Shown: in pieces, positions 9,598 to 19,589 of the stretch
Layout of the letters: the number at the start of each line of letters is the position of its first letter
Position numbering within the stretch: position 1 is the stretch's first letter
NCBI GenBank assembly: GCA_963719505.1
Contig: CAVRCF010000005.1
Span: 512,001 to 576,000, forward strand
From: Halobacteriovoraceae bacterium
GTDB taxonomy: Bacteria > Bdellovibrionota > Bacteriovoracia > Bacteriovoracales > Bacteriovoracaceae
Direction: 5' to 3'
Length of the DNA stretch: 64,000 nt
The notes under the pieces: model-generated
What the model was told of the DNA's origin: nothing
Seen by the model: the letters and a program-made list of their open reading frames with translations, nothing else
The model's database searches: none
Program-made: the position numbers and the translations under genes

Positions 9598-10305
9598 ATG
9601 TTGTCGGTTGTTATCCCCACATTCAATGAAATCTCCAGTGGCTATATCCAAAAGTCATTTCCTTTATTGAGTAATACCGAGGGACTTGAAGTTATATGCG
9701 TTGATTCAAATAGCACAGACGGAACAATTGATCTCATTAAAAAGCACGGATTCAAGCTTATTAGTGTCGATACGACATCGAGGGCAAAAAGACTGAATAT
9801 TGGCATACAAGAGTCAACCGGAGATATGATCCTTCTTCACCATCCAAGGAGTCTTCTCAATGTAGCAGCTTTTCACACTCTCATGACCGAAGATGACCTT
9901 TTTTGGGGTGCATTCACTCACAAATTTGATCTCGATCATCCACTTTTAAAATTTACCTCTTGGTGGTCAAATTTATGGCGAGGAGATCGACGTGGCATTT
10001 TTTATCTTGATCACTGCATCTACGTGCAAAGAGAGATCTTTGAAGAAGTAGGACTAATGCCTGAGATTGATATTTTTGAGGACACTGAACTTTGTAAACT
10101 TTTAAATACCTACTGCATGCCACTTAGACTCGATGAAATTAGTCTAACGAGTGCTATAAGATTTAAAAATAATGGAATCTGGAAACAGGCCCTAATGAAC
10201 CAAATCTTAAAGTGGAAATACTACTTTAAAGCAGATCATAAACAGATGAATCAGTTGTATGAAAAAAAGACGGCTTTAAACTCAAAATACCAAAAAGAAG
10301 ACTAA
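9598..10305 (+). CDS. glycosyltransferase family 2 (TIGR04283-like)
   Basis: SVVIPTFNE, VDSNSTDGT, RAKRLNIG, FEDTEL, TSAIRF. Confidence 0.82.
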   Translation: MLSVVIPTFNEISSGYIQKSFPLLSNTEGLEVICVDSNSTDGTIDLIKKHGFKLISVDTTSRAKRLNIGIQESTGDMILLHHPRSLLNVAAFHTLMTEDDLFWGAFTHKFDLDHPLLKFTSWWSNLWRGDRRGIFYLDHCIYVQREIFEEVGLMPEIDIFEDTELCKLLNTYCMPLRLDEISLTSAIRFKNNGIWKQALMNQILKWKYYFKADHKQMNQLYEKKTALNSKYQKED

Positions 10306-11028
10306 CTAATTATTTAATTTCCAATCGTAGTCCAAGTATTCAATCTGTACATTTTTTTGAGTCTTAATATAGCCTTGGATAAACTTTTTTGGACTTCCAA
10401 ACTTCTCTTTAAAGTCATCCCCGTACCACTTAAAAATTTTGGAAATGAAAAGGGTATTTTTTGACTCGTCATAAAAGTTCTTTTTCTTATTTTCAAGAAA
10501 GTTTTTCGTTGCACTTTCTAATTGTTGATCTAATTTGGATCCAACGTAGGCTTCTTGCTTTAATGAAGGACAACCTTTACTTGCACAGTTGACAGCAAAA
10601 TGAATTTTTGGTTCTTCAAAGTCTTTACGTATCGTCGAGTGCTCAATATCATTTAAAGTCATCTCTTTTCCAAAAAGAGTAATAAATTTTTGATCCCAAG
10701 GGCCAGTAAAAATACTTCCCACATCTTTTATTGAATCAATTGGATAGTGATCGATAATAAGTTTGAGGGTGTATGCATTGTATGCATTGATCCAAAAAGC
10801 TAATTTTTGATTTTTCGAAAATCCTTCAAAATCATTTTTTGATAACGCTTCAAGCTCACTCAGATAAGCTTTTAGCTTTTCACTATTCTTTTTTAATTCT
10901 TTATAATTAACAGAAACCTGATACCCATTTCTAGAAGTGTAATCCTTAAGCAGGTCGCTAAACTTTTGATGACTATGGTCAAACGCTAAGACATTAAAGG
11001 CAAATAAGCCCAGCAGAATAAGTTTCAT
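10306..11028 (-). CDS. DUF547 domain secreted protein
   Basis: LAFWINAYNAYT, LNDIEH, IHFAVNCASKGCP, SKIFKWY, YDWKLN. Start MKLILL at 11028 is coupled to the upstream stop. Confidence 0.88.
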   Translation of the reverse strand: MKLILLGLFAFNVLAFDHSHQKFSDLLKDYTSRNGYQVSVNYKELKKNSEKLKAYLSELEALSKNDFEGFSKNQKLAFWINAYNAYTLKLIIDHYPIDSIKDVGSIFTGPWDQKFITLFGKEMTLNDIEHSTIRKDFEEPKIHFAVNCASKGCPSLKQEAYVGSKLDQQLESATKNFLENKKKNFYDESKNTLFISKIFKWYGDDFKEKFGSPKKFIQGYIKTQKNVQIEYLDYDWKLNN

Positions 11029-13148
11029 TACGATCTCCTCCATGCATGATATCTTTGAACCCATTTGAGTAAATTTTCGGGAGCATTAGCTTTTTTCCAA
11101 TTACCAGCAACAGATTTATTCGCCTCACTCATGGTTGGATAACTGTGAATAGTTCCCAAAATACTTTCTAAACCTTTTCCATGTTTCATATTGGTAACGA
11201 ACTCAGTAAGCAACTCTCCAGCACCGACTCCTACAATTGTCGCTCCAAGAATTTTATCGTCTCCTTTTGCTGTGAGAACTTTAACAAAACCGTAATCATT
11301 CCCATCGGCAATAGCGCGGTCCAAATCATCTATTCCATATTTTGTTATATCGTACTTTAGCCCCGCCTCTTTGGCCGTGTGTTCAGTATGCCCTACTGTT
11401 GCCACTTCTGGATCAGTATAGGTAACCCAAGGGATAACAGAGTAGTCCACCTTAAAGCGTTTAAAAGGAGAAAAGAGAGCATTGACAGCACAATACCAGG
11501 CTTGATGAGAAGCTGTATGCGTAAGCTGATAAGGACCGGTGACGTCTCCACAAACATAAATATTTGGATAGTTCGTTTGAAGAAACTCATTGGCTTCAAT
11601 AGTTCCATTTTTTCTCATTCTCATTTTTAGATTATCTAAACCAAAACCATCGACATTGGGTTTTCTACCAACGGCGACAAGAACTTGATCAAACTCAATC
11701 TCGACTTCACCATCTTTTGTTTCACAAACTAAAGTCTTACCTTTAAATTCGATCGCTTTATGTGAAGTCTTTATGAGAACGCCTTCACCTTCAAGCCTTT
11801 TAGCAACCTCGGATGAAACATCTGGGTCTTCTTTGCTCATGATTCGCTCACCCATCTCAATAAGATGAACTTCACTTCCAAAGCGATTAAAGGTTTGGGC
11901 CATCTCCAGTCCAATTGGCCCCCCACCTAAGATCACAAACCTTTTTGGCAACTCTCTAATAGACCAAAGATTATTCGATGTAAGGTAGTCAATTTTATCC
12001 AACCCCTTGATTGGCGGGACAAACGGTGACGCTCCAGTAGCGATAGTAATATTTTTTGTTGTTAGGATTTTTCCATTTACTTCAACTTCCCAAGGAGAAA
12101 TAATTTTGGCTTCCCCAGTGTGGCATTCGACACCTAAACTTGTGTACCGCTCTACCGAATCGTGAGGCTCAATCTTTGTGATAACATCTTGAATTCGATT
12201 CATCGCTTTTGCAAAGTCAATGGACTCGATACTAGCATTGATACCAAAGTCTTGGGACTTATTAATGGTATGAGCGACCTTTGCACTTTTGATTAAAGCT
12301 TTTGATGGCACACAACCTGTGTTGAGGCAGTCTCCACCCATTTTTTCTTTTTCAATCAATGCAACTTTAGCTTTTACAGCTGCGGCGATATAAGCGGTTA
12401 CAAGACCCGCAGAACCAGCCCCGATAACCACCATATTATAATCGAGAGATTTCGGCTTTTTAAAAGTTTTAAATACTTTTCTCGCTTTAATCATTTCAAT
12501 TATTTTTTTGGAAACGAGAGGTAAAAATCCAAGAAGAACAAATGAGCCAATAAGCTCTGGACTTAAAATGCCTTCAAGCTTTTCAATCTGACTCAACTGA
12601 ACACCGGCATTAACATAAACCGCCGTTCCCAAAAGCATCCCTAGTTGGGATACAATATAAAAAACACCTGTCTTCATGGGAGTAAGACCCATCACGGCAT
12701 TGATGAGAAAAAAAGGAAATATTGGAACAAGTCTTAATGTAAATAAATAAAATGCACCCTCTCTTTTAATTCCATCATTAAAGGTTTTGAGTTTATCTCC
12801 AAATTTGTTTTGTATCGTCTCCCTTAAAATTGTACGAGACAGAAGAAAAGCCAGTGTCGCCCCAATGGAGCTAGCAAAAGAGACCAAAAGTAGTCCCCAC
12901 CAAAGACCAAAGATGGCACCTGCTAAAAGGGTCAAGATCGTCGCACCAGGAATTGAGATTGCCGTTGCAATAATATAAATCCCAAGGAAGCTGCCCATGG
13001 TGAGAAGTTGATTCTCTTTGTAAAAGCTTTGAAGGCTCTGTTGATTTTCTTTTATGAATTCAAGAGTGAGATAAGATCCTAGGTCAAAGTATTTAAACGC
13101 ACCAAAGATGGCGATCACTATGACCAGTAGAAATATTTTCTTTTTCAT
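11028..13148 (-). CDS. TVP38/TMEM64 (DedA/VTT) domain fused to a pyridine nucleotide-disulfide oxidoreductase
   Basis: N-terminal TMs with LRLVPIFPF; GAGSAG FAD motif, GGDCLNTGCVPSK redox disulfide, GGGPIG, HSYPTMSE; no MerA C-terminal CC. Confidence 0.88.
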   Translation of the reverse strand: MKKKIFLLVIVIAIFGAFKYFDLGSYLTLEFIKENQQSLQSFYKENQLLTMGSFLGIYIIATAISIPGATILTLLAGAIFGLWWGLLLVSFASSIGATLAFLLSRTILRETIQNKFGDKLKTFNDGIKREGAFYLFTLRLVPIFPFFLINAVMGLTPMKTGVFYIVSQLGMLLGTAVYVNAGVQLSQIEKLEGILSPELIGSFVLLGFLPLVSKKIIEMIKARKVFKTFKKPKSLDYNMVVIGAGSAGLVTAYIAAAVKAKVALIEKEKMGGDCLNTGCVPSKALIKSAKVAHTINKSQDFGINASIESIDFAKAMNRIQDVITKIEPHDSVERYTSLGVECHTGEAKIISPWEVEVNGKILTTKNITIATGASPFVPPIKGLDKIDYLTSNNLWSIRELPKRFVILGGGPIGLEMAQTFNRFGSEVHLIEMGERIMSKEDPDVSSEVAKRLEGEGVLIKTSHKAIEFKGKTLVCETKDGEVEIEFDQVLVAVGRKPNVDGFGLDNLKMRMRKNGTIEANEFLQTNYPNIYVCGDVTGPYQLTHTASHQAWYCAVNALFSPFKRFKVDYSVIPWVTYTDPEVATVGHTEHTAKEAGLKYDITKYGIDDLDRAIADGNDYGFVKVLTAKGDDKILGATIVGVGAGELLTEFVTNMKHGKGLESILGTIHSYPTMSEANKSVAGNWKKANAPENLLKWVQRYHAWRRS

Positions 13149-13228
13149 TGTTAAGCCTTTTTATTCAAGATTATAGATCAATTTCGCTATAAGTGAATAA
13201 AAAGACTTGGTTATTACATGAATTTGGA

Positions 13229-14281
13229 TTATTCGTTATCGATTTTGTTTAACGCGTGAAAGAAACCGGTCTTTGCAACCCTTTTAGTCAGCTTTTTCAC
13301 GTAATAATAATATCCCTCATTATCTAAAAGATAAAAAGATCCATCAGCATAAATAAAGTAGTTCGTTCCAAAGAATACTGGCAGCTCTGAACTTCTATCA
13401 ATATCGTACTCTGATGTGACTTTCACTTTTCGATCAGATATTCCTCTGTCGTAAGAACCAGAAAGAGAGATAGTATGGATATTAAAGTCCTTATCAAAGA
13501 AATAATTCCCCCCAACTTTTACAATAGATTCTAATTCAATATTTTCAAATCTATACATGGCCCCATAATATTGTTTCTCACCGTTATCGTCCAAAAGTGC
13601 AACAACTTCATTGTCCTCACCTCTTATAACTTCACCAGCGCTATCAAGACTAGCTACTGTCTCTGAACCAAAAGTATAGAGAATATTATTTTTCAACACC
13701 ATATAGTTGTGTCCGATGATCTCAATATCCTTCACGTCGTCAATAAAAAGTTCAGTTTTCTCTGAATAATAACCTTTAAAGTCTATCATAAAGACTCTTT
13801 TGTCTTTTGTGATAAAGAAGTTTCCACCAACGACTTCTAATCTTCTTAAATCAACCCCTTCAATTTCTTCATAGTGAATGAGGACACCATCATTTCTAAC
13901 GATATGAATTTGACCAGATCTTGTGATAAAGAAATTTCCACCAAAGTGCTTAATTGACGAATCAAGCTCATAGTATCTTTTATGATAAACAAATCCATTG
14001 GCATCGACTGTATAGATCTCACCTTCGCGAGTGACAAGATAGTTTGCTTTCACTTCTTCAAGTTTATTTTCAGGTAAGTAGAGATGTTCAACATCAAAGA
14101 TAATATTAGAATTCTCTCCTAAAAAATAAGATCGAACGGAACCAACCTCTCCAGTGTCGTAGAAAATAAATGACTGTGAGGTTCCCTTGGCAACTTTGAC
14201 GCTATCAAGATTTCGAGTCAGACCTAATAAACTTATCGATAATAAGACAACGACTAAAAGTAATTTTAAAGAGTTTTTCAT
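13229..14281 (-). CDS. secreted repeat protein (possible beta-propeller)
   Basis: Signal peptide; repeated G-G/H/T-N-F/Y-F/M motifs. Confidence 0.6.
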   Translation of the reverse strand: MKNSLKLLLVVVLLSISLLGLTRNLDSVKVAKGTSQSFIFYDTGEVGSVRSYFLGENSNIIFDVEHLYLPENKLEEVKANYLVTREGEIYTVDANGFVYHKRYYELDSSIKHFGGNFFITRSGQIHIVRNDGVLIHYEEIEGVDLRRLEVVGGNFFITKDKRVFMIDFKGYYSEKTELFIDDVKDIEIIGHNYMVLKNNILYTFGSETVASLDSAGEVIRGEDNEVVALLDDNGEKQYYGAMYRFENIELESIVKVGGNYFFDKDFNIHTISLSGSYDRGISDRKVKVTSEYDIDRSSELPVFFGTNYFIYADGSFYLLDNEGYYYYVKKLTKRVAKTGFFHALNKIDNE

Positions 14282-14289
14282 ATTCACCT

Positions 14290-15018
14290 TTATCTTGTTT
14301 TTAACATCCACGCTTCAACTTCTCTCGCCCACGAGATCGCCTTTGATCTTTGAGAAGAGCAACTAAAGTGCACTCCATCACAGCCTGTGGCCATATAGTG
14401 GTTTGAGGAGAAAAATTCACATGTATTTAGAACAACTTCTTTGAGCATTTTGTAGAGAACATCTTGGTTTTTTTGAGTCTTTTTCATTCCCATTGGTGGT
14501 CCAACCCAAAAACATTTTAAATTATTTAACTTAACCACCTCTAGCATCTTAAGAACATAATCCTGTCTTTTATTATATTCCCATGTGTTGATGACTCCAT
14601 CTTTGTTCGAGATTGCTGCAGCATCATTGGCCCCAAGTGCGATAAGAACTGTTGAGAAATTAAATTGATCATCCTGCCAAGAACTGTGAACAAGTGGAGA
14701 TGAAAGGACATCATCGAACTTTGGTACAAGAACTTTTTGTCTCCAATGAGTCGGACTAGGGTGAAGTTGCTGCCTGTTTTCTTGTGATTTGAATTGATGA
14801 AAGACGCCACCTGAGAGCAAATAATCAGTTTCACTCATCCAGTGCAAGGAAGAAGATGAAGAATGGCCTAAAGTCACTACTCTTTCGAACTTGGAAGCCT
14901 TACTTAGCATTTCATGTAATTTGGTACCAAAAGGTCCAACTGTATGGGAATCCCCTATAAACAGGAGATTCTCCGCAAATGCACACGTACATATCAAAAA
15001 TAAAAGTAATAACTTCAT
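14290..15018 (-). CDS. SGNH/GDSL hydrolase, secreted
   Basis: FIGDSHT, LGAND, WVGPP, DGVHF. Confidence 0.85.
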   Translation of the reverse strand: MKLLLLFLICTCAFAENLLFIGDSHTVGPFGTKLHEMLSKASKFERVVTLGHSSSSSLHWMSETDYLLSGGVFHQFKSQENRQQLHPSPTHWRQKVLVPKFDDVLSSPLVHSSWQDDQFNFSTVLIALGANDAAAISNKDGVINTWEYNKRQDYVLKMLEVVKLNNLKCFWVGPPMGMKKTQKNQDVLYKMLKEVVLNTCEFFSSNHYMATGCDGVHFSCSSQRSKAISWAREVEAWMLKTR

Positions 15019-15168
15019 GCAATATATCTAGCTCAGAAGCCTATCTGGGTAAATGGCATAGAAGTATTATTGTAATTTTAACAGTTTGCACCTAGGAATA
15101 TACGTATTTTACCTAGTATTTGCGCTAAACATAATTTATCTGATAAAATAAAGTATAGGGAGATTACC

Positions 15169-15672
15169 ATGACCATGAACGCACTCCTCTTAGACGCAAG
15201 TTACTACCCAATTAAGATTATTGATTGGAAAAGGGCCATGATCCTTTTCTTCACAGAAAGAGCCGAAGTTGTTGAACATCATCAAGACTTTAGTGTGAAT
15301 TCAACTCACGCAAGTTTTAAGGTTCCAAAAGTTCTGCGCCTTCTGGTAAATTTCAAAAATCTCTCACGTGTAAAATTCAACAGATCAAATGTTTTTTACC
15401 GAGACAAAAATACTTGCCAGTACTGTGGGGATAAATTTAAAGATTCTGAACTAACATTTGACCACGTTATGCCAAGAAGCCGCGGAGGCCTGACGACCTG
15501 GCAAAATATTGTTTCGGCCTGCATGGACTGCAATAATAAAAAAGATTCAAAGACTCCTGAGGAGTGGGGAAGAAAACTTCTCAAAATACCTGAGGAGCCC
15601 AAATGGACTCCACTATTGGCATTTAGATTATCGAATAAGGACAGATCCCTATTTTCAACTTGGCTGTTTTAA
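15169..15672 (+). CDS. HNH endonuclease (McrA-like)
   Basis: RDKNTCQYCG, LTFDHVMPRSRGG, WQNIVSACMDCNNKK. Confidence 0.9.
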   Translation: MTMNALLLDASYYPIKIIDWKRAMILFFTERAEVVEHHQDFSVNSTHASFKVPKVLRLLVNFKNLSRVKFNRSNVFYRDKNTCQYCGDKFKDSELTFDHVMPRSRGGLTTWQNIVSACMDCNNKKDSKTPEEWGRKLLKIPEEPKWTPLLAFRLSNKDRSLFSTWLF

Positions 15673-15683
15673 CTAGAGTTAAA

Positions 15684-16025
15684 CTAGTAAGAGTAACAGT
15701 AGATTGAGTGGTGAGCAGAAAGATATCTGTCATTTGGATTCCAATTATTGAATCTTCTATAATCAGTCATTCCTCTATAAACGACAGAGCTATAGTATTC
15801 AGTTCTGAAACTAGTCATGGTTCTGATATTAATTGATCCAGAACATCTAACGTCTTTATCAGTGTGGTTCCAAACTCTTACGTCAATGCCATTAGGCCAA
15901 ACTGTAATGCGAGGATAAACAATTGTTTTGTCAGTTGAAATTTTGCTATCTGTTTTTACAACTTCAGAGCTTGCAAAGAGTGATAAACTTGAAAGTAAAA
16001 GTGCAGTCGTGATTAATGTTTTCAT
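15684..16025 (-). CDS. small secreted hypothetical protein
   Basis: AGGAG RBS, signal peptide MKTLITT..LFA, two Cys. Confidence 0.7.
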   Translation of the reverse strand: MKTLITTALLLSSLSLFASSEVVKTDSKISTDKTIVYPRITVWPNGIDVRVWNHTDKDVRCSGSINIRTMTSFRTEYYSSVVYRGMTDYRRFNNWNPNDRYLSAHHSIYCYSY

Positions 16026-16041
16026 TATTATCTCCTTATAA

Positions 16042-16386
16042 TTAGTAGAAATAATAGCTCTCCACAACTGCCTTGTCTAATCCTTGATCTCTAAAATCAG
16101 GAAGAAGACTGAGTTGTCTTACAAATATTTTATCTTTACGCATAAAGCCACAAAGAGTTTCTTTTAAGTAAATAAAGACGTAGTCCCCTGGGGTGAATTC
16201 GTTACTGTCTGTATCAAGATCACCAAAGAGTTCGATTTTTGGGTCCTCAAAACTTTTAAGTTCTTCAAATGTTAGCCCAAATTTTTTTAAGGTATGCCCA
16301 TAAGGACAATGAATACAAGCAGATTTACAACATCTACCTCGACTTTTGTGCACCGAAGCTGGAACGGCTTTATAATCACTCGACAT
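16042..16386 (-). CDS. small Cys-rich protein (DUF5522-like N-terminus)
   Basis: RGRCCKSACIHCPYG motif; overlaps the end of the U32 gene. Start uncertain (16386 or 16404). Confidence 0.6.
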   Translation of the reverse strand: MSSDYKAVPASVHKSRGRCCKSACIHCPYGHTLKKFGLTFEELKSFEDPKIELFGDLDTDSNEFTPGDYVFIYLKETLCGFMRKDKIFVRQLSLLPDFRDQGLDKAVVESYYFY

Positions 16387-18829
16387 GCTTTTTTCTATCC
16401 TCATAAGTCTTTTTATTAAAAAGTTGGCCCGTCGTTACTCCGTATGAGCTCACCTCTCCCATTTTCTCAATCACAGATCTGGGATCTACTTTCTGTGAAA
16501 TAAGCTCAAGATATGACTTTATTTTTACATTTAATTCTTCACTTGTCTCTTGCAGAGCTTCAAGTCTAAAGTTTTTAACACCAGTGTCAATCCAACCTGG
16601 GACCAAGCTTGCGGCACTCATAGGGTTGGCATTATACATGGTATTTCTGCATTCTTGATCAGCTTTAATTTCATGGGTATTTCCAAACATATCTTTTAAA
16701 TGAACTTTATGTTTTTCACAGGGCTTGCCACAATCTCTAAAAGAATTACCTTTTGATAAGAAGGCTGCAAACACACAATGCTCCATATGAAACTCGGGCA
16801 TATATTGATGAACAGTGATCTCTACTGATGATCCATCTACATTCTCAATAAGATCATTCAGCTGAATGGCATTAAGATCATAGGACAGACAGATTGACTT
16901 CAACTTTTTTCCTTTTAGATAATTAAAGGTGTATGAATTTGAAACGTTTAGTGAGAAGTCTCCATAAAGATCAAAGTTACTGTCTTGAAAGTAATTTAGC
17001 GCTCCTAGATTTCTAATAAGGATTCCATCTGGTGCCGCTCTCTCAATAAGTCTAAAATTATGATACTCATTTGGCTTTAAGATCCGAGTGGTTGCAATGG
17101 CTGTGTTGAAACCCTTCTCCTTGAGAAGCTTCACACTTTTAATATAATCCTTACCAAATTCATAATCTAAAGTCACAAGACCAATGAATTCGCTTGCCGA
17201 GAATTCATCCACAAACCCCATACACTGTTCAAGTGTTCTCAAAAGAATATTTAGCACTGGTTTGTGATCACGAGTTTTGGTTTCCAAAAGAGTTTTAGAA
17301 ACAAAGGGCTGAATGTTTTGGATTCTAAAGAGTCTTTTTTCATGAAGCTTTGCCACCATGTCTTGTTTTAAAAGCTTCAAGACTTTGCTGGGAATAAAGA
17401 GACCATCGTCAATAATCGCCTGGTGTGAACGTACCTGATAAGGAGTGTGAGAGAGTCCTGATAGAGCACTCATTACACTTTCAGCCGTTGCTGATGAGTT
17501 ACTCGCCTTCTCACAAATAAATTCGGAAACACTTACGACTTCCACATCATCAATCAAAGCCGTTACCATTATGTTTTTATCAAGCTTGGCTTCAATTTTT
17601 AAATCTATGAATAATTTTTTAAAATGACTCTTATCTGTATAGGATTTTTTTAATTCTTTTGAAAGAGAATCTCTCGAGTTGACAAAAACTCTCGCATCAA
17701 ACTCCACTTCTTTTAAAGAGAGCTTATTATCAAATTTAACAAGGTATCCGTCCGCTTTTTTAGTGACGGTATAAACGGAGGCTCCAAAACTTGTTTTCAG
17801 TCCGGAGATATAAAGTCCATCTCCATTTTGAATTTCAATTTTTGATTCAATAAGGAGTGCATCCTTGTGTACTTTTAAAACCTTCCCAACCTCAAGACCT
17901 CTATTGGATCCATAGCTTCCATCAACGAGTTCTTGATGAGCAACACCACCGAGCCATCCATTATAAAAACCTCTTGAAAAAGTTAAAGCCATTCTTTGCT
18001 TGGAAAGCTCGTCCACCTTATCTGAGTCGATAGCTTGTCGATAACTACTGGCCACACTTGCCACAAATTCTGGAGACTTAAGTCTGCCTTCAACTTTAAA
18101 AGATTCAACACCCAGTTTTTTTAGTGCCGGTATATCATCTATTCCACAAAGATCTTTTGGAGAGACGAGAAATTTTTTATCTAATAGCTCTTTCTTTTTA
18201 TCGTCGACAAAAAGCTCGTACTCAAAGCGACAGGACTGGGCACATTGCCCCCTATTGGCGCTACGACCGCCGAGACTTTCACTGGTAAAGCACTGTCCAG
18301 AATAGGCCACACAAAGTGCTCCATGAACAAAGACTTCCAACTCTTTATTTGTTTTTTCTTTAATTATTTTTATCTCTTCCAGTGAATTTTCACGGCCAAG
18401 AACAAAACGCTGTATATTTAAATCATCCAAAAGGGCAATCGCCTCATGATTCGTTGTGGTCATCTGAGTCGATGCGTGAATAATTTGATCCGGAGCAATT
18501 TGACGGATAATTTTAACAAGGCCCAGATCTTGAATGATAAGAGCATCTGGCCCCATTTTTAAAACTTCTAAAATCGCGGTGACAGCGGCATCAATTTCAC
18601 TTTCAAAAATGAGAATATTAAAAGCGACATGAACATGAACATTATAGAGATGGGCCAAATCTATAATCTCTTTCAGCTGCTCAAAAGAATGATCATGACT
18701 TCTCCCCCTAGCATTAAAGCCGGGCATCCCAACATAGATTGCATCGGCTCCATTGTGAATGGCAGCGGTTGCCATAGTGATATTTCCACAAGGCAATAAT
18801 AGTTCGCTAACAGGCTTAGAGGTATTCAT
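16376..18829 (-). CDS. U32 peptidase-family RNA hydroxylase (RlhA/YdcP-like, long form)
   Basis: GADAIYVG, HASTQ, EVFVHGALCVAYSGQC, SANRGQCAQSCR, SPKDL, KVEGRLK; second Cys cluster near the C-terminus. Confidence 0.85.
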   Translation of the reverse strand: MNTSKPVSELLLPCGNITMATAAIHNGADAIYVGMPGFNARGRSHDHSFEQLKEIIDLAHLYNVHVHVAFNILIFESEIDAAVTAILEVLKMGPDALIIQDLGLVKIIRQIAPDQIIHASTQMTTTNHEAIALLDDLNIQRFVLGRENSLEEIKIIKEKTNKELEVFVHGALCVAYSGQCFTSESLGGRSANRGQCAQSCRFEYELFVDDKKKELLDKKFLVSPKDLCGIDDIPALKKLGVESFKVEGRLKSPEFVASVASSYRQAIDSDKVDELSKQRMALTFSRGFYNGWLGGVAHQELVDGSYGSNRGLEVGKVLKVHKDALLIESKIEIQNGDGLYISGLKTSFGASVYTVTKKADGYLVKFDNKLSLKEVEFDARVFVNSRDSLSKELKKSYTDKSHFKKLFIDLKIEAKLDKNIMVTALIDDVEVVSVSEFICEKASNSSATAESVMSALSGLSHTPYQVRSHQAIIDDGLFIPSKVLKLLKQDMVAKLHEKRLFRIQNIQPFVSKTLLETKTRDHKPVLNILLRTLEQCMGFVDEFSASEFIGLVTLDYEFGKDYIKSVKLLKEKGFNTAIATTRILKPNEYHNFRLIERAAPDGILIRNLGALNYFQDSNFDLYGDFSLNVSNSYTFNYLKGKKLKSICLSYDLNAIQLNDLIENVDGSSVEITVHQYMPEFHMEHCVFAAFLSKGNSFRDCGKPCEKHKVHLKDMFGNTHEIKADQECRNTMYNANPMSAASLVPGWIDTGVKNFRLEALQETSEELNVKIKSYLELISQKVDPRSVIEKMGEVSSYGVTTGQLFNKKTYEDRKKHVE

Positions 18830-18892
18830 GAAATTGTCCTTTTTAGTTGGTGGAGTTAACCATAAAAGTAATCTGTATGCAATGCAATAAAC

Positions 18893-18916
18893 AAAAGCCC
18901 ACTTTTAAAAGTGGGC
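18893..18916 (-). terminator. Rho-independent terminator
   Basis: GCCCACTTT-TA-AAAGTGGGC with a T-tract on the minus strand. Confidence 0.7.
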
Positions 18917-18961
18917 CCTCTTATAAGAAAAGAATTTCTCATTTGTGACTTTTTCTTGTTT

Positions 18962-19393
18962 TTAGTTTTTTTGAATCTTACACCCAAATCTATAGAGCTC
19001 TCCACCGATACTCAAAAGAGATCCTGCGCTGGCGATATCACCTTTGAGCGCCGACAACATAGTAGAGTCTAGTTCACCAATAATCATATCGAGTTGTGGA
19101 ATCTTAAATTTGATTGTTGTTGCAACACTTGTAACTTCCCCAGGAACAATCGACGTTATATTTCCTCCACCTTCAAGTTGAATTTTTCCATATTTTGGAG
19201 ATTCAATTTCAAGATCGACCATGATTTCGTCTTGATCCATTGGAATAGTATCGTCAACACTGAGAATATGTTCAGCCTTATCTTCAACTTTAGTTAACGC
19301 ATTTTTGACTGAACACTTTAAAGTTACTTCGTGGGTTGCTGCAAAGCTTGAAAGACTACCTAAGACAATTATACCAGTTAATAATTTTTTCAT
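18962..19393 (-). CDS. secreted hypothetical protein
   Basis: GAGG RBS, signal peptide MKKLL..SSFA. Confidence 0.7.
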   Translation of the reverse strand: MKKLLTGIIVLGSLSSFAATHEVTLKCSVKNALTKVEDKAEHILSVDDTIPMDQDEIMVDLEIESPKYGKIQLEGGGNITSIVPGEVTSVATTIKFKIPQLDMIIGELDSTMLSALKGDIASAGSLLSIGGELYRFGCKIQKN

Positions 19394-19589
19394 TTGATCC
19401 TCGCTTGTTGAGAGTAGAGTTAAATCTATTAATAGAGGCAACCTACCAGCAACAAAGGCCTATAGCATTACGTCATGTAAAAATGACACTCCACGCAATG
19501 AATCAGCGACTTAGCTTCTACGCTCTATAAGTCTTTATAATTCAACATTTATGGGTACAATAGTGAAGTTACTGATTAAAGGTGGAAAT

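Noticed and set aside
11028-13148. Mercuric reductase merA
   Set aside because: Lacks the C-terminal Cys-Cys pair and the N-terminal HMA domain; no mer genes nearby.
15169-15672. HNH nuclease as the cognate restriction partner of the C5 MTase
   Set aside because: About 6 kb away, and a common stand-alone McrA-like family; no evidence of linkage.
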